DNA of 64,000 nt from Carcharhinus longimanus (lineage: Eukaryota), in assembly GCA_030264375.1 (NCBI GenBank), contig JASCQW010000112.1, positions 36,556,444 to 36,620,443 on the forward strand, in the 5' to 3' direction. A model generated the notes under the pieces. That model was not told the DNA's origin. It worked only from the letters and a program-made list of their open reading frames with translations, and made no database searches. The translations under genes and the position numbers were made by a program. How positions within the stretch are numbered: position 1 is the stretch's first letter; the number at the start of each line of letters is the position of its first letter. This document shows positions 25,190 through 37,722 of this stretch, piece after piece.

Positions 25190-25690
25190 AAACAAATAAA
25201 AAAAGTTTGAAAATCTTAGCAGGTCTGACAGCATCTGTGGAGAAAGAACAGAACTAATGTTTTGAGTCTGGATGACCCTTTGTCAGAGCTGAAGACAATT
25301 GGAAAATAGGATGAGATCTATACTGCTGTGGGGGATGGATAGAGGGTCAGCAAAAGGTGTAGACAAAGGAGAGATCAAAGATGTCATGGACAAAAAGCAT
25401 GATGACCATGGCTAAGGAGGATGCTGCTAGCGGCAGGTTAAGATATCAGAATGTGCAAGTGTAAACAGTGTGACAAAAGACAACCTGAAACAGGTGATGG
25501 CTCTTGTGGGGTGGGGAGACAAGGGAGAGTGGTGAAGTAAAAAAGATGGAAAGGGGGGGAAATTGAAAAATGAATCAAAGGAAGGCAATAATGAAAATGC
25601 ATATGAAATTTTAAAGAAATCTTTTTAAATGGGGTGAAAAGGGTGGACAAGAGAGATTATGGTCTGAAGTTGTTGAACTCAGTGTTAAGT
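25190..25690 (-). mobile_element. Penelope-like retroelement 3' fragment
   Basis: agcaggtctgacagcatctgtggaga... terminal motif followed by a purine-rich tract and ggtctgaagttgttgaactc, typical of fish and shark PLE ends. Confidence 0.5.
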
Positions 25691-26098
25691 TGAGATTACC
25701 CTATTCAAAGTCATAAATGGCATTGTCTGTGATTATAGTCACTGTATTTATTTCTCCTCCATCTGATATCTTTGTCAGTTGACCACAACATCCTTCAGTT
25801 CCTTTCCTTTTGTCCTGCTCAGTGGGACTTGCCTTTAGTTCCATCCATGCTAAGCTATCAAATGGTAGCCAGGCAATCTCTAATAGTGGCTTCTCCTACA
25901 GCTACTTAGTTTATATTTGAAGTGAATGCCTAAGTGCAAATTCTGGCCCTCTTCCCTTCCTCATCAAGCATGTTGCCTGTTAGCAGCAGCATCCACAACT
26001 CTCATATGCACTAAACAAACCAGCTTTTTGTCTCCACCTGTAATTGCCTCTGTCAACTTGCTTGCCCAATATCCAGTGTCCCACCATGTCTCCCTCTA

Positions 26099-26205
26099 TC
26101 ATAAGAACATAAGAAATAGGAGCAGGAGTAGGCCGTCTGGCCCTTCGAGCCTGCCCCGCCATTCAATAAGATCATGGCTGATCTGTCGTGGCTCAGTTCC
26201 ACTTT
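26099..26205 (-). mobile_element. Young CR1 3' tail (about 105 bp, 5'-truncated)
   Basis: cataagaacataagaaataggagcaggagtaggcc...; near-identical to the tails at 18098, 29455 and 55450. Confidence 0.85.
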
Positions 26206-28836
26206 CCAGCAAGACAAAAGTGTAGCTCTTGCCTCATTATTGGTTGGTGGATTTTAATTTGAGCTGCGTGATTTTTGAATTCAATGTCGGCCAGTGGTTT
26301 CACTTCAGAGAAGAGCTAAGCATGAGCTGAACAGAAGTGAGGTGGAACTGGGAGTTCACGCAGAGGACTGGAGTTTGTGCATTTCATAACAAACTACTTT
26401 TTTGATGTAACCCCAGTGTTGGGATTTCCAATAAATCTTTCACAAGAAATTTAAAACAAGGAGTTCTGGAAGTCTCCTTGTCAATACGTATCTTACTGTA
26501 AATCACAGATTGCATTGTGAACTTCGAGTTGAATCAGGTGCTGCGCTATTGGAGATAGTTGAGTATCCCGTTGATGCTACCTGTGAGAGGATCCCAAATT
26601 CCCAAAGGATAAATACTGGATCTTAGTGGTGGATACTTGTTTGGAATAATGTGAGGAATAACCCAGTGAGGAACCAGTCCAGTCATTGTGTAAACAATAA
26701 GGAGTATAGAAAAACACATGACAAGAAATATTAATTAACACTATGACTCCTAAGTATTTTAATAACTAAACACACTTTTATCTGAAATTAATCTTATTCC
26801 CGGAATATCCTCATGTTTCCTGAATTCACTGGGACACCCCTTTTCCAAATGGCACCCAGTTTAGTAATTCCACAAGTCAAATCCAGCTCATCGTTACCAC
26901 ACAATATAGCTTAGATGACCAAGTCTGGGAAAAGATCTTTTCCTGGCTCAGTGAAGATACGAAAATATGTTTTATAGAGGAGAATATCTGCTGTGACTCT
27001 AAATATTAGATAGACTAGGCCTCTGTGGCTTTGATCATAGATAGGACAGGCCTCCATGTCTCTGCTCAGAGATGGAACTGGTTTTTCTGAAGATTTTTGA
27101 CCTGTCTGGCTATTGGGTAGAAAATTAGCCTCCATCCCCAAAGAGTGTATTAGCAGATATACCGTTCAGCTGCTTTGATATCCACCCTATGGATTTGGCT
27201 GTTCTATCTCAAATTCTTTGCCTTTCGAAGTTGTCATTTTGTATAGCACCACTGATCCCTGGTAAGCAATGTTTCTGTTATGGTAATTCACACCTCAATT
27301 CGCTAAATTCCTGCTAATCCTGTTACTTGTCCGTTTCTTTTCATCTCAAATTCATTGTTAACCTCGTAAACTTCAATTCCTATCAAGATGCCCTTTTTCA
27401 GTTGAGACATTAAATCAATTCCCTGTCCTCTCAGGTGTATATGAAAGATTCCACAGCGCTATTTTGAAGAAGACCATGTGAGTTGCACTGACGCCCTGTT
27501 AGTCTTCTTTTGAAGACATTGCATCTACATTTGCTGTTCCTGGTAACAGTAATGACTTTCACGTCCATTGGCTGAACCATCTCCATGGTACAAATTCTCT
27601 GGCTCCAACTAATGGTTATCGTGAAATTAAGATGTGAAATGAAGATGTCAAATCAACGCCCCCGTGGCCCAGGGAGCATCGTCTGGGCAGGGGACACCAG
27701 TCCAGGGGCAAGGATGGTTGCAGACCTAATACCTGAGGCTCCAGCTTTTCTTGTGCCTTGACAATCTCTTCTTTCTCACCCAAATTTCATGCCACTGGAA
27801 CCAGCAAAGCAATTCCCACCCTGCCCAGAGGAGCCGGTGCAAGACAAAAGGAAAGGAAAACAGTTGGAAGAAGGAAAGTGACTACTTGCAAGAAATCAGG
27901 CCAAAGCAAAATATAGATAATGGTATAGATATAGATAATAAACAGCAGCATAATGGTCAAAGGAATTCACTTTCACTAAAGCATCGGGGTGGAATAGCTG
28001 TGTATTTGTACTCAGAAATGCACAGAATTAGTAAAATGTAAAATTAATAACCGTTGCAAGAAGAATTTAGGTGAGAGTGTGTTACACGTGGGACAGAATC
28101 TTACGCACTCTTTCCCCCTCCCACCCCAGTGAGATCTGAGGTGAGAGTAAGCATGAGATTGCCTGGATGGGAATACCCCGCCCAGTCTGATCTAACACTG
28201 GTTTGGGGGCAGGGCCCCGGAAGGGAATCCTGCCCTTGTCCCGGTTAAGGTGCTTTTGTGGCCACTTGAGGGCATATCCCACCCAGCCTCAATTCTTAGG
28301 CGGATGGGGGAGGAGGGGTTGGGGAGGGGGTGGAAGAAACACCAAAATGAAGTCAGTTTGATTCAGGGTGGGAAGGTAGGGAGGGTGAAGCATCTTCCAT
28401 CCGAAGCCCCCTTCTGACTGGGGAACACCCTTGCCTTAAGACCCAGTAACTGCCAGCCTCCCTCCACCTATCCCAGTGGCCTATTCCCTGTAACCCCAAT
28501 ACCCCTGTAACGTTCCTATACGCCCAGTCAATGCATGAAAGGGCATTGGGCCTGCTGGAGTTGGCAGCATGAGTTCTACCACAGTTAGAAATACAAATGG
28601 GAAAAGAAAGCCCACATTTTGTAAAATATCCCTATGTCTTCCGTGGGTTGCTGACAGCAGTGCCAGAAGATTCCTTTTTAATTCTTGGAAATGCCTGGTT
28701 ATTCTTGATGTGTTTTCGGCCTTACTCAGGCTTTGCAACACCGTTGTGTGTCACAAGCTGGATAGGCCAGAGGGCCTTTCCCTGTCCTCCTGTTCCTATG
28801 ATTGTAAAACAAAACAAAACCCGGTTATATCCCTAG

Positions 28837-29091
28837 GTTACGGCAGACACCCGATCGTCACCATCGGAGCTATTTCACAAGCAGGAACAAGAGCCGCACC
28901 CGGTCACCAGGGAAGCGTGAACAACCCAGCAGCCATAACTCGGACAAGAAGAAAAGCTCTTCCTACAGCCCTCGCCGTAAGAGCAGCTCCCGCAGCTCCA
29001 GCAGGTCCGTGTCACGCTCCTGCTCCCGATCGCACGACAAGAGAGATGGACGGAGCAAGTCACGGTCATCGCCTCGCAAGGAACAGTCCAG
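28837..29091 (+). pseudogene. Orphan RS-rich exon (255 nt), SRRM3-like, inside GPR137C intron 1
   Basis: ccctag|G acceptor and AG|gtaaga donor. The frame from 28838 is open exactly to the donor: LRQTPDRHHRSYFTSRNKSRTRSPGKREQPSSHNSDKKKSSSYSPRRKSSSRSSSRSVSRSCSRSHDKRDGRSKSRSSPRKEQSR. SRRM3 similarity is from memory only. Confidence 0.6.
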
Positions 29092-29454
29092 GTAAGACTC
29101 ATTCTCCACCACTGAGTACCAGCCTGGTTGCCAGCACTCACAGCAGTGTGTTTGTCTGAATGCAATGTGAACAATGCCAGCTATAGTAGGGTAGTGATCT
29201 GGTAGGACAGTAATTCCTCGCTTAACATTGTGCTTCTGTTCCAGAAAAGCCCAACTTTAAATGAAACAACTTTAAGCGAATCTGATTTTCCCATTGCAGC
29301 CAATATAAAAGCTAAAGTTAGATTCTGTTAGGAACTTTCTCATTAGAAAGTATTATGCCCTATAATTTGAAATACTTTACATTGCTCACTTCCTATATTC
29401 ATAACTTAAGTAACTTTTAAAATGAAATAAATATAAAAATATTTTTAAAATGTG

Positions 29455-29715
29455 AACACAAGAAATAGGAGCAGGAGTAGGCCATCTAGCCCTTCGAGCC
29501 TGCACCGCCATTCAATAAGATCATGGCTGATCTGAAGTGGANNNNNNNNNNNNNNNNNNNNNNNNNNNNNNNNNNNNNNNNNNNNNNNNNNNNNNNNNNN
29601 NNNNNNNNNNNNNNNNNNNNNNNNNNNNNNNNNNNNNNNNNAATAAGATCATGGCTGATCTGTTGTGGCTCAGTTCCACATTCCCACCCTCTCCCCATAA
29701 CCCTTAATCCCCTCT
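29455..29715 (-). mobile_element. Young CR1 3' tail (gapped, with duplicated flanks)
   Basis: Same tail as 26099; aataagatcatggctgatctg occurs on both sides of the 100-N gap. Confidence 0.8.
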
Positions 29716-31949
29716 CTTCTCTGTAGCCTTATTCAGTCCTATAATTTGCCATTTCCTTAGGCCTCCACCTTTGTCGAGCCTTTTTTATATTCTTTCATGG
29801 ACATGGGTGTCGCTGGTTTGGCCAGCATTCTTTATTGCCCATCCACAATTGTTCTTAAGATGGTGGTGAACTACCTTCTTGAATTGCTACAGCTCATGTG
29901 ATGTAGGTACACCCATGTAAATTCCTCTCTCTCCTTTAAAACCAATTTCCCCAATTAAATATAGGGAAGACCACAGCCATTGTCTCCGGACCTCTATCTA
30001 AAACTCTGTACTCTTACTATTGATTCCATCGCTTTCTCTAGCCATTGTCTCTGGCTGCACCTGACTGGTACCCCTGGTGGCCCTGAGCTAACATAATCCT
30101 ATATTCTTGCATCACTAATAGCTGCTTCATCTGTCTGCCCAGCAGCTTCTGCAACTGTCGTCCATGGCTTTGTTGCCATTTGATTGTGGAAATATCCTCC
30201 GGACAAGTCTCGTTCCCTGTACTCTCAACTTCAACTCATCCAAATCACACATACCCTATATCATACCAAAGTTTCATGCATTAGGCAGTCCTTTCCTTGT
30301 TGTACATTGAAACATTTATTGTAAGTTTAAGTCCCTCCATGTCTTATACTAATCTCTATAGCCACTTCCAGGTCTTTAATTCCTGAGGTCACATCCCTTC
30401 CACTCCCCATCAAAATTCTCTTCCTCCAATTTCTGTGTTTTCCCTCTTTCCTTTACCTGATTATTGGTAGCTGTGCCATCCCAGTTGCCTAGGCCAATTG
30501 TATGAAATTCCTCCTAATCCCTGCAACCTCTCAATCTCCCTTCTGACTTTAAGACTAACCTTGTAAGTCATTTCCTCTGACCAAGCTTTGCAAGCCCTCC
30601 TGATATCTATTTTTGCTTTATCAGTTTTTGTCTGATTTCACTTTTTNNNNNNNNNNNNNNNNNNATGTTTTTACGTTGAAGGCACAATGTAAGCACAAGT
30701 TTTTGTAGATAAGTGCAGATACTGTCTCTTTCTGGAGACTTGCTTGTATGAAGTCCTTTTAGATTTTCTAGGACTCTTCATATAAAAGTAAGTGATTTTC
30801 TTCCTTTGAGTTCTTTAAGTGTTTACAATTCCTTGTTTTCAAGCCGACTTTAATGGCGCTTTATTGGCTGCCCTCCAACTAAGATCATCCTGAGTTTGAA
30901 ACTAAAATAAGTAAATATTGTGCATCTGCCACAATTGTTATCTCAATCTCTTTGAAACCTTGATTTATCTCTCCTTTTTTAAGCACGTTTCTGCATTTTC
31001 AGCTCTGGTTTTCTTTCCCTGCTCCCAAAGCATTTGAAGTTGTTTTTCCCTTTCCCTTTCACATTTAATTAAATTAGGGTTGTTTATTTAGTCCAAACTT
31101 TTGTTTTAGGAATTTGTATATTCAAAAATATACCCTGTATATTCAAAATTGCTCCATTCATCCTAATCTGTATCCCTTCTCTCTTTCCATCTCCTCCACC
31201 TTGCATATATCTGAATCCCATATGTATAATTTGATCATTCCTGTCAACACCATCCCAGAGGATTTCCATTTCCTGTATCCTGTCTCATTTACTAACAAGA
31301 TGAGGTTTCTTGCTGCTTTGGTTCATGAAGCAGTCATGCAAAGCATTACCTAATTCTTAACTCTAAACCATTTCATGTTTGGTTTATTGAAGTCTTTTCT
31401 TAACAAAGCTTTCCTGTTCTCTTCTAGCATTTCTCTTTGTAGAGTAAATTAACCTCCTTTCGTTGACCTGGAAATCTGTAGCACATCTGTGATCAAACTT
31501 GGATGCTGTCTAAACAGGATAGTTTATTTTATTGCACATGATGTACTGCAGAATCCATTTCATTGAACTCTGATGTCCATTTTGTTAGTGCTGAAAATTG
31601 TAGCTTTTGAATGTTAAATTGTTTTCAACCCTTGGATTTAATGCATTTCTGCTATATCCACATGTGCTGCCAAAATTTCCAGTTTTGCCATCTTATTTTT
31701 GATTATTGTTTACACAAGTAATTGTATAATACAAGCTGCTGACATAGTTTTCACAAATGTAGACTGGATCATGTAATTTGAACTGTTTTTATTCAAAAAA
31801 AACTTGCCTATATTGTGGGTGGGGTTTTCAGGTTGTGCCCACCCCATAACTGGAAATTCCTATCTGAGGTAAGTCCATGAAACTTTCCATTCCACTTGTG
31901 CCAATTTCTGCACCCGACAGGACCATAAATTTTACCCCAGTGTGTTTCA

Positions 31950-32310
31950 AGACCATCAGATGTCTCATCACTTTCCAACTAGTGAAATGCTTGTGAAGTG
32001 TAGTCACTGTTGTAATATAGGAAGCATGGGGGCCAATTTGCACGTACCAGGTTCTCATTGACAGCAGTGTAATAGTGACCAAGTGGGTTGTTTTGGTGAG
32101 CAAATGAGGGATAACTCCCATGCTCTTTATTGAAATTGGGCCATGGGATCTTTTATATAACCCTGATGAGTTGACAGGACTTCTGTTTGATGCCTCAGCT
32201 GAAAGTTGGCACTCCTGACAGTATAGCACTCCCTTGGTACTGCACTTGTCAGCATTGGTTTTAGTTCTGGAGTGGAGCTAGTGTGCTAACTACCAAGTCA
32301 TGCCTGGCAT
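31950..32310 (-). mobile_element. Deu-domain SINE (SacSINE1/AmnSINE1-like), old copy
   Basis: Reverse-complement Deu-domain motifs gccatgggatcttt and ctgaaag..ggcac.cctgacagt.tagcactccc..gtactgcact; similar remnants at about 11480, 27390 and 57000. Confidence 0.55.
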
Positions 32311-32654
32311 CTAATCATTTGTGGTGATCAGTGCTCCTGATGTTAGCATGTACATTGTAGTTTGCAGTAAAATGCCTCCATAACTCCAGAATTACCTGAA
32401 GANNNNNNNNNNNNNNNNNNNNNNNNNNNNNNNNNNNNNNNNNNNNNGCCACCCGCACACCCCCCCCCCCCCCCCCGCAAACCCCTGACCTCAATTCCCC
32501 ACTTTAGCCTTGAAGCACTTTTGCCTTGTCCTATCCAAGCTCATCTCATCAGTGACTCTCTTCCTAACCATTCACCTATTTCTGTTCCATGCCATCCAAT
32601 GTTAGCTGACATTGTTAATGTTTCCCACTCCTCAAACACCTTCTGACTTCACAG

Positions 32655-32950
32655 CATGGTGGCACAGTGGTTGACATTACCTCAGTGGTAGAGACCCAGG
32701 TTTGATTCCAGCCTTGGGTGACTGTTCTGTGTCTGCATGGATTTCCTTGGTGTTCCAGTTTCGTCCAACAGTCCAAACATGTACAGGTTAGTTGAATTAG
32801 CCACGCTGAGTTGCCCCTTTGTGTCCAAAGATATGTAGTTTAGGAGGATTAGCAGGGTTATAGGGTGGGTCTGGGTAAGGTGCTCTGGAGAGTCACTGCT
32901 GACTCAGTGGGCTGAATGGCTGCCTTCTGCACTGCAGGGATTCTATGACT
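32655..32950 (+). mobile_element. HE1-type SINE
   Basis: catggtggcacagtggtt head, ggtttgattcc B-box-like motif, tail ccttctgcactgcagggattctatga. Confidence 0.75.
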
Positions 32951-33710
32951 TCAGAAATTACCATTTTAGAAAACTGCTCTTGAACCTTACAACTTTGCCA
33001 ATCATCCCATTTTCAACGTGCTTCAGCTTGGTTGCAGTATTTAACAGCACCAAATGTCATCAAACAACTACTAGTTGGCTTAATTGAAATATCCCATTTA
33101 CAGTTAATACTCCTTGTACTTCATGATCTCTCCATAGCATTCAGCATGGTTAACCATGCCATTCTCCTCTGTGGTTCCATTCCTACCTAATTGGACCAGA
33201 GCAGCAGTGACTATCCCTCCATTTTCAGGCTAGGATTTCCTTCTGTTTCTCATCTACATGATGGTAGTGATAATACCATCTGTAGAAACCAAGTCACTTT
33301 CTGGCTGCATGTTTCCCCTCTTTCTCAACTGATCATCTCATCTATAAGCCTTCCTCCGCATCCAATAAAAAGGAAGGTCAAGGTCATTGTTTCAGCCCAT
33401 GGTATATTTTCCATTCTGTCGCTGATGCTTCCAGCTGTATTCTCAGTTCCACCTCAAGCCAGATACTATTTACAGGCCCCATATCTTGTTTGACCCTGCT
33501 TTACATCTTAAATCACCACTATCGAAAGCATTGTCTAGTTTGGCTACTTCTCGCAAATGTTTGTGGTAAAAGTATTTTAATGTATGGTTTTAGGAATGTT
33601 AAGTAGTGCATCATTAGATTTTTTTTGTGTAACATTTGTGTATTCCTAACTATATGATGCATTTGATGGCTTTTGCTTTTCTTTCAATATGATAATGTAT
33701 GTCTTTGCAG

Positions 33711-33760
33711 GTTATTTTTAAGGCCAAAGCTAAATATTCTCCAGAACTTAACAAATACAA
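33711..33760 (+). CDS. GPR137C: GPR137C exon 2 (VIFKAKAKYSPELNKY(K))
   Basis: tttgcag acceptor, gtgagt donor, 50 nt; matches the GPR137-family intracellular loop. Confidence 0.9.
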
Positions 33761-34141
33761 GTGAGTACCATGCACACCATCTTTGTTTTAGCTAAATCCA
33801 GCAAAAAAAGCACAAGCGCATTTTAAGATGAGCCTTTTGTCACACTTTGGAAAAGCTTAATTACTTAAATTTTTAATTTAGTTGCCACTGTAGGTGAGTA
33901 AACACTAAATAGAATTTTTGCTGAGTTTCTTTTGGCCACATATAAAAGCAGTCTGCCCCAAATTTTCCAAAATGGGTGATAACAAAAAAGCTTTATTCAT
34001 AACACACCCTTGAACTTGTTTACTGAATCGAGTTTCTGAAATAGAATCTGCATGAAGCAACATGTAACGAACACACTTTCTTGGAGCTCATTCAAACTCC
34101 AGATAAACATCCTCCTAACTACTTTTCCTTGGTGTTTTCAG

Positions 34142-34370
34142 GATTCCATTGCGGCTAGCATTCCTATTTGCTAGCATTCTGTTTCTGGTGGTAAACTTCA
34201 CATGTGCAGTGCTTGTTCAAGGAAATGTGCCAGAAAGCCAATTGAAATGGACTGTGTTCGTTCGAGTGCTCATCAATGACAGCCTCTTTGTGCTTTGTGC
34301 TGTTTCGTTAGCAGTATGCATCTTCAAAATTGCAAAAATGTCATCTGCGAATGTCTATCTTGAGTCAAAG
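34142..34370 (+). CDS. GPR137C: GPR137C exon 3 ([11 protein letters not shown]...[17 protein letters not shown]...[10 protein letters not shown])
   Basis: ttttcag acceptor and gtaaaa donor, 229 nt; [13 protein letters not shown] matches human GPR137C ([13 protein letters not shown]). Confidence 0.93.
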
Positions 34371-34995
34371 GTAAAAGTTGGATTACTTTCTGTGTGTGCA
34401 CTTGGGTTCAAAAAAAGTCAATGTGAATGAAGAATCTGAATTCATTAATTTTGAGTAAATTATTCCTTACTAGCATCTAACGTTGGTATGCCTTAAGTGA
34501 GTCATTTGAAAAATTTTCATATAAAGGATCAGGTTTCATGTTGAAGTGCCAATTAATCTGCTTGCATCTCTCAAACGTTGATTTGGAGTTTTTGCCGTTT
34601 TAGTGACACTTGTGCTCTCAGGATCAATAAAGCAACAAACTTTGAATCCAATTTGCAATTATTCCAGCTATGAATTTCAAATAAAGGCTTTACTGTGGGG
34701 CAAAAAAAAACAAAGTCAATTTAATAATAAACCATACAATGAGCAGATGAAGGCTTGAGTCAAGGGTAGGCATGTTTACAGATTGCAAGTGAACTTTGTC
34801 ACTCTCCTTGCAATAATCAGGATATTAATTGTACCATAATGTTCACAATGTCAGGTATTTATATTGTCTATTAATAATAGAAATTATACTGTGGCTGCAG
34901 TACCCAGTTTATTACTCTGGCTAATTGAAAGTTGTTGCAGTTCACCTTTATTTTAATCCATTCAGATAACATCATTTGTCTTTTTTTCCCCCCAG

Positions 34996-35145
34996 GGAAC
35001 GTCTGTTTGTCAGGCCACTCTTGTGGGTGCAGCAGTAATACTGCTTTATATATCGAGGGCCTCTTATAACCTGGTGGTGGTTTTCATGGCTCCAGAAGAT
35101 AGGCCCAGTTCATTCAACTATGGCTGGTACAATGTGTCTGATCAG
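34996..35145 (+). CDS. GPR137C: GPR137C exon 4 (GTSVCQATLVG...FNYGWYNVSDQ)
   Basis: Polypyrimidine tract plus cag acceptor, gtagct donor, 150 nt, open frame. Confidence 0.92.
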
Positions 35146-35649
35146 GTAGCTGTATGTGTATGAAGGTTTTTAAAATTTATTTTAATGAGGCAATTTTGTG
35201 GCACATTGTGTTAAGCAGTGATGTCCCTGTTAAAATATATTGGAATTTTCAGTGAATAACTGAAATTTAAGATCTTAAGACTTCATCAGGAATATGCTGT
35301 ATCTTTGCGCTTATCAACCGTTTAACATTTGATTCAACATTTGATTGTATTAATAACAGCTAATGTACCATTTGGCAAATACACAAAATGGGGTCACATT
35401 GCAAGATTTTCTGAATTGGGATTAAATAATTCCAAACAGGGCAATGGTTTCAACAATACAATACACATTTCAAAAGCTCTTTAATGCACTGATCAAATTT
35501 CAGATTCGAGTAATGTGTTCAAGTTCTTAAATTTGCTACTTTATTCTAAAGTAATATTTTTAATTGGCCTTTTCTAGTTGTCTTTCTCAAATGTTCCATT
35601 TTAACTGATTTGCAAATGTATTAAGCTGCATTAATGTTTGATTTTCCAG

Positions 35650-35775
35650 GCCGACGTTGAAAAAGTCAGTGACCAAGCTTATGTTGCATTTGGAATAATT
35701 CTTTTCCTTTGGGAACTATTGCCTACAAGTTTGGTGGTATTTTTTTTCAGGGTGCAGAGACCAAATCAAAATCTG
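35650..35775 (+). CDS. GPR137C: GPR137C exon 5 (ADVEKVSDQAYVAFGIILFLWE...RPNQNL)
   Basis: ttttccag acceptor and gtaaga donor, 126 nt, TM7. Confidence 0.93.
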
Positions 35776-37584
35776 GTAAGAAGTTTTGTATATGTCATCA
35801 GAATTTTCTCAATGACTTACCTACTCACTGCCCAAAGGCAGATCCCACCCACAGCACCATAACTTTTACTATGGATGGGGTAAGCAGCAGGTCCCGAATC
35901 CTTGCTTGCCAGAGTAGGAATGAAACCGTGCTGTTGGCCCCAATCTGATTCGCACCACACTTTTAAATGTATGGTTTATCCTGGAGCTATGGATAATAGT
36001 AGAAGCTGTAATTTTTTTTCCATCACGTACCTCACCAGGAATCTTTCCTGCTCTTACCACCNNNNNNNNNNNNNNNNNNNNNNNNNNNNNNNTCATTGAC
36101 AAATGTTGGAAGGATTTACAAGTTCATACTCAACCTGTTTATCCTTGTTATGAATGCATCTTCCTTAGCCATAAAGTCCTGTAGTGGGATTTGAACATAG
36201 TTTCTGGTCGAGGGGCACGGACCCTACCTACTTAGTTACAAGCTCTTTTTTTTGCCACAAGTATTAACTTTTTTAGTGCTTTCCTATCTCATGCCAAAAA
36301 TATTTAATATACTTCCCCTTCTACAGAAGGATAAATTAAGAACAGAAACATAGCAAAATTCTGCCATTAGTGCCTCAAGCTTATTCTGCCACTTAGCTGT
36401 TTTGTGCCTCAAGTTCATTTTAACCACTGTGGTTCTGTATTCTTTGGTGCCCCTCAAAAGGAATATATTAACTTGCATCTAGAAAGCTCCATTTGACCCA
36501 ATACTTGGTAATTTCTTTGTAATCTGCACTGACTTTTTTGATCACCTGATATTTTGTCTAACTGCTCAGTTGTGGTTTCTTTATAAAATAGTTCAAATAA
36601 ATTGTTTTGTATGTGCCATCAGAATTTTACCCGTCCCCTGATCAAATTTATTTTTGCTATTGAGATTTTTATTTTCACATTTAAATCCACCAAGTTCCTC
36701 CTCTTGACTATTTTTACATTCACTTGGTACTTTTCCATCATTGTGCAGACGGGAAGTATTCATTTAACAATTTGCTGTTTCCTTACTATCCATTTGTCTA
36801 TTTCAATATATTTTTGCCATGAGTCTTGGTATTTCTTAGTTTTAATTCTGTACTCTACCTCATTGCTTTCTTTGGTTTTTTGCTTTTTCTTGGTTAGTCT
36901 GCAGTATTCCATTCTTTGCATTTTTGAAATTTTTTTTAGTTTGACACTGACGTAATTCATGATTTCTAATTATACAAGTGCCTTTGAGGTGTAGTGTACT
37001 GTATCAAAAGTTACTTTGTTTTCTGCTGTTCATAGATTTAGTTTAGTTGAATAATAGTCAATGTTTTTCATTGATTTGAAGCTTAGCTTACCTTAAAATC
37101 TGTGACCCTTCCTCCTTTCTCTCAAATCTGAAGTCCAGTTTGAATATATAATGGTTCTTGCAAGTCTTAGATGTGAATTTTCTCACTCCAGACTCTCTCT
37201 CCTTCATGAGACTGTGTGCATTTCAGGTTTAAATAATGCTCACCCCATCTGTTCAGCATTCTTTGGTTCCAAAATTGAACCTTAATCTGGTGAATATTGC
37301 TTTGGACAAAATTTGGAAACCTCAACTTCTGTTATTGTGCGCATGGTACTCTTGGTAAAGAAAGATTGTGTATACATTATTTTTTAAGAGTACTTTAAAA
37401 TTCATTGTCTTGTGCTAATTGCACACAACTGCATTTTTGTCTCTAGTCCTGAATGTTGCTGTTGGTAACCGTTTGAGGAAATATTGGACAAGTCGCTTGT
37501 AAATTCTATCTTAAAATAACCTCACTTATTTGCTAGTCAGAGACCAAATCAACACTGTTGTTCACTTGTCTTATAGCACAGTAT

Positions 37585-37722
37585 GGCCGGAATTCTCTTG
37601 ACCTCGCCTGCAGCTGGGACTCTCCAGCCCCGCTAAAGTGAATAGAGTTTTGACTGAGTGCCAAATTCTCCAATCTCTTTGGCAGCAGTGGAGGAGGCAT
37701 ACGAGATCAGAGAATTCAGGCC
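37585..37722. mobile_element. 138-bp MITE
   Basis: TIRs ggccggaattctct / agagaattcaggcc (13 of 14 match). Confidence 0.6.

Noticed and set aside
26650-27370. Second possible solo LTR (and a similar segment at about 40230-40626)
   Set aside because: Termini and target-site duplications are too degenerate or gapped to support a call.
28569-29159. 196-aa ORF overlapping the RS exon
   Set aside because: Alternative frame of GC-rich sequence with no recognisable domain; the RS frame fits the splice sites better.
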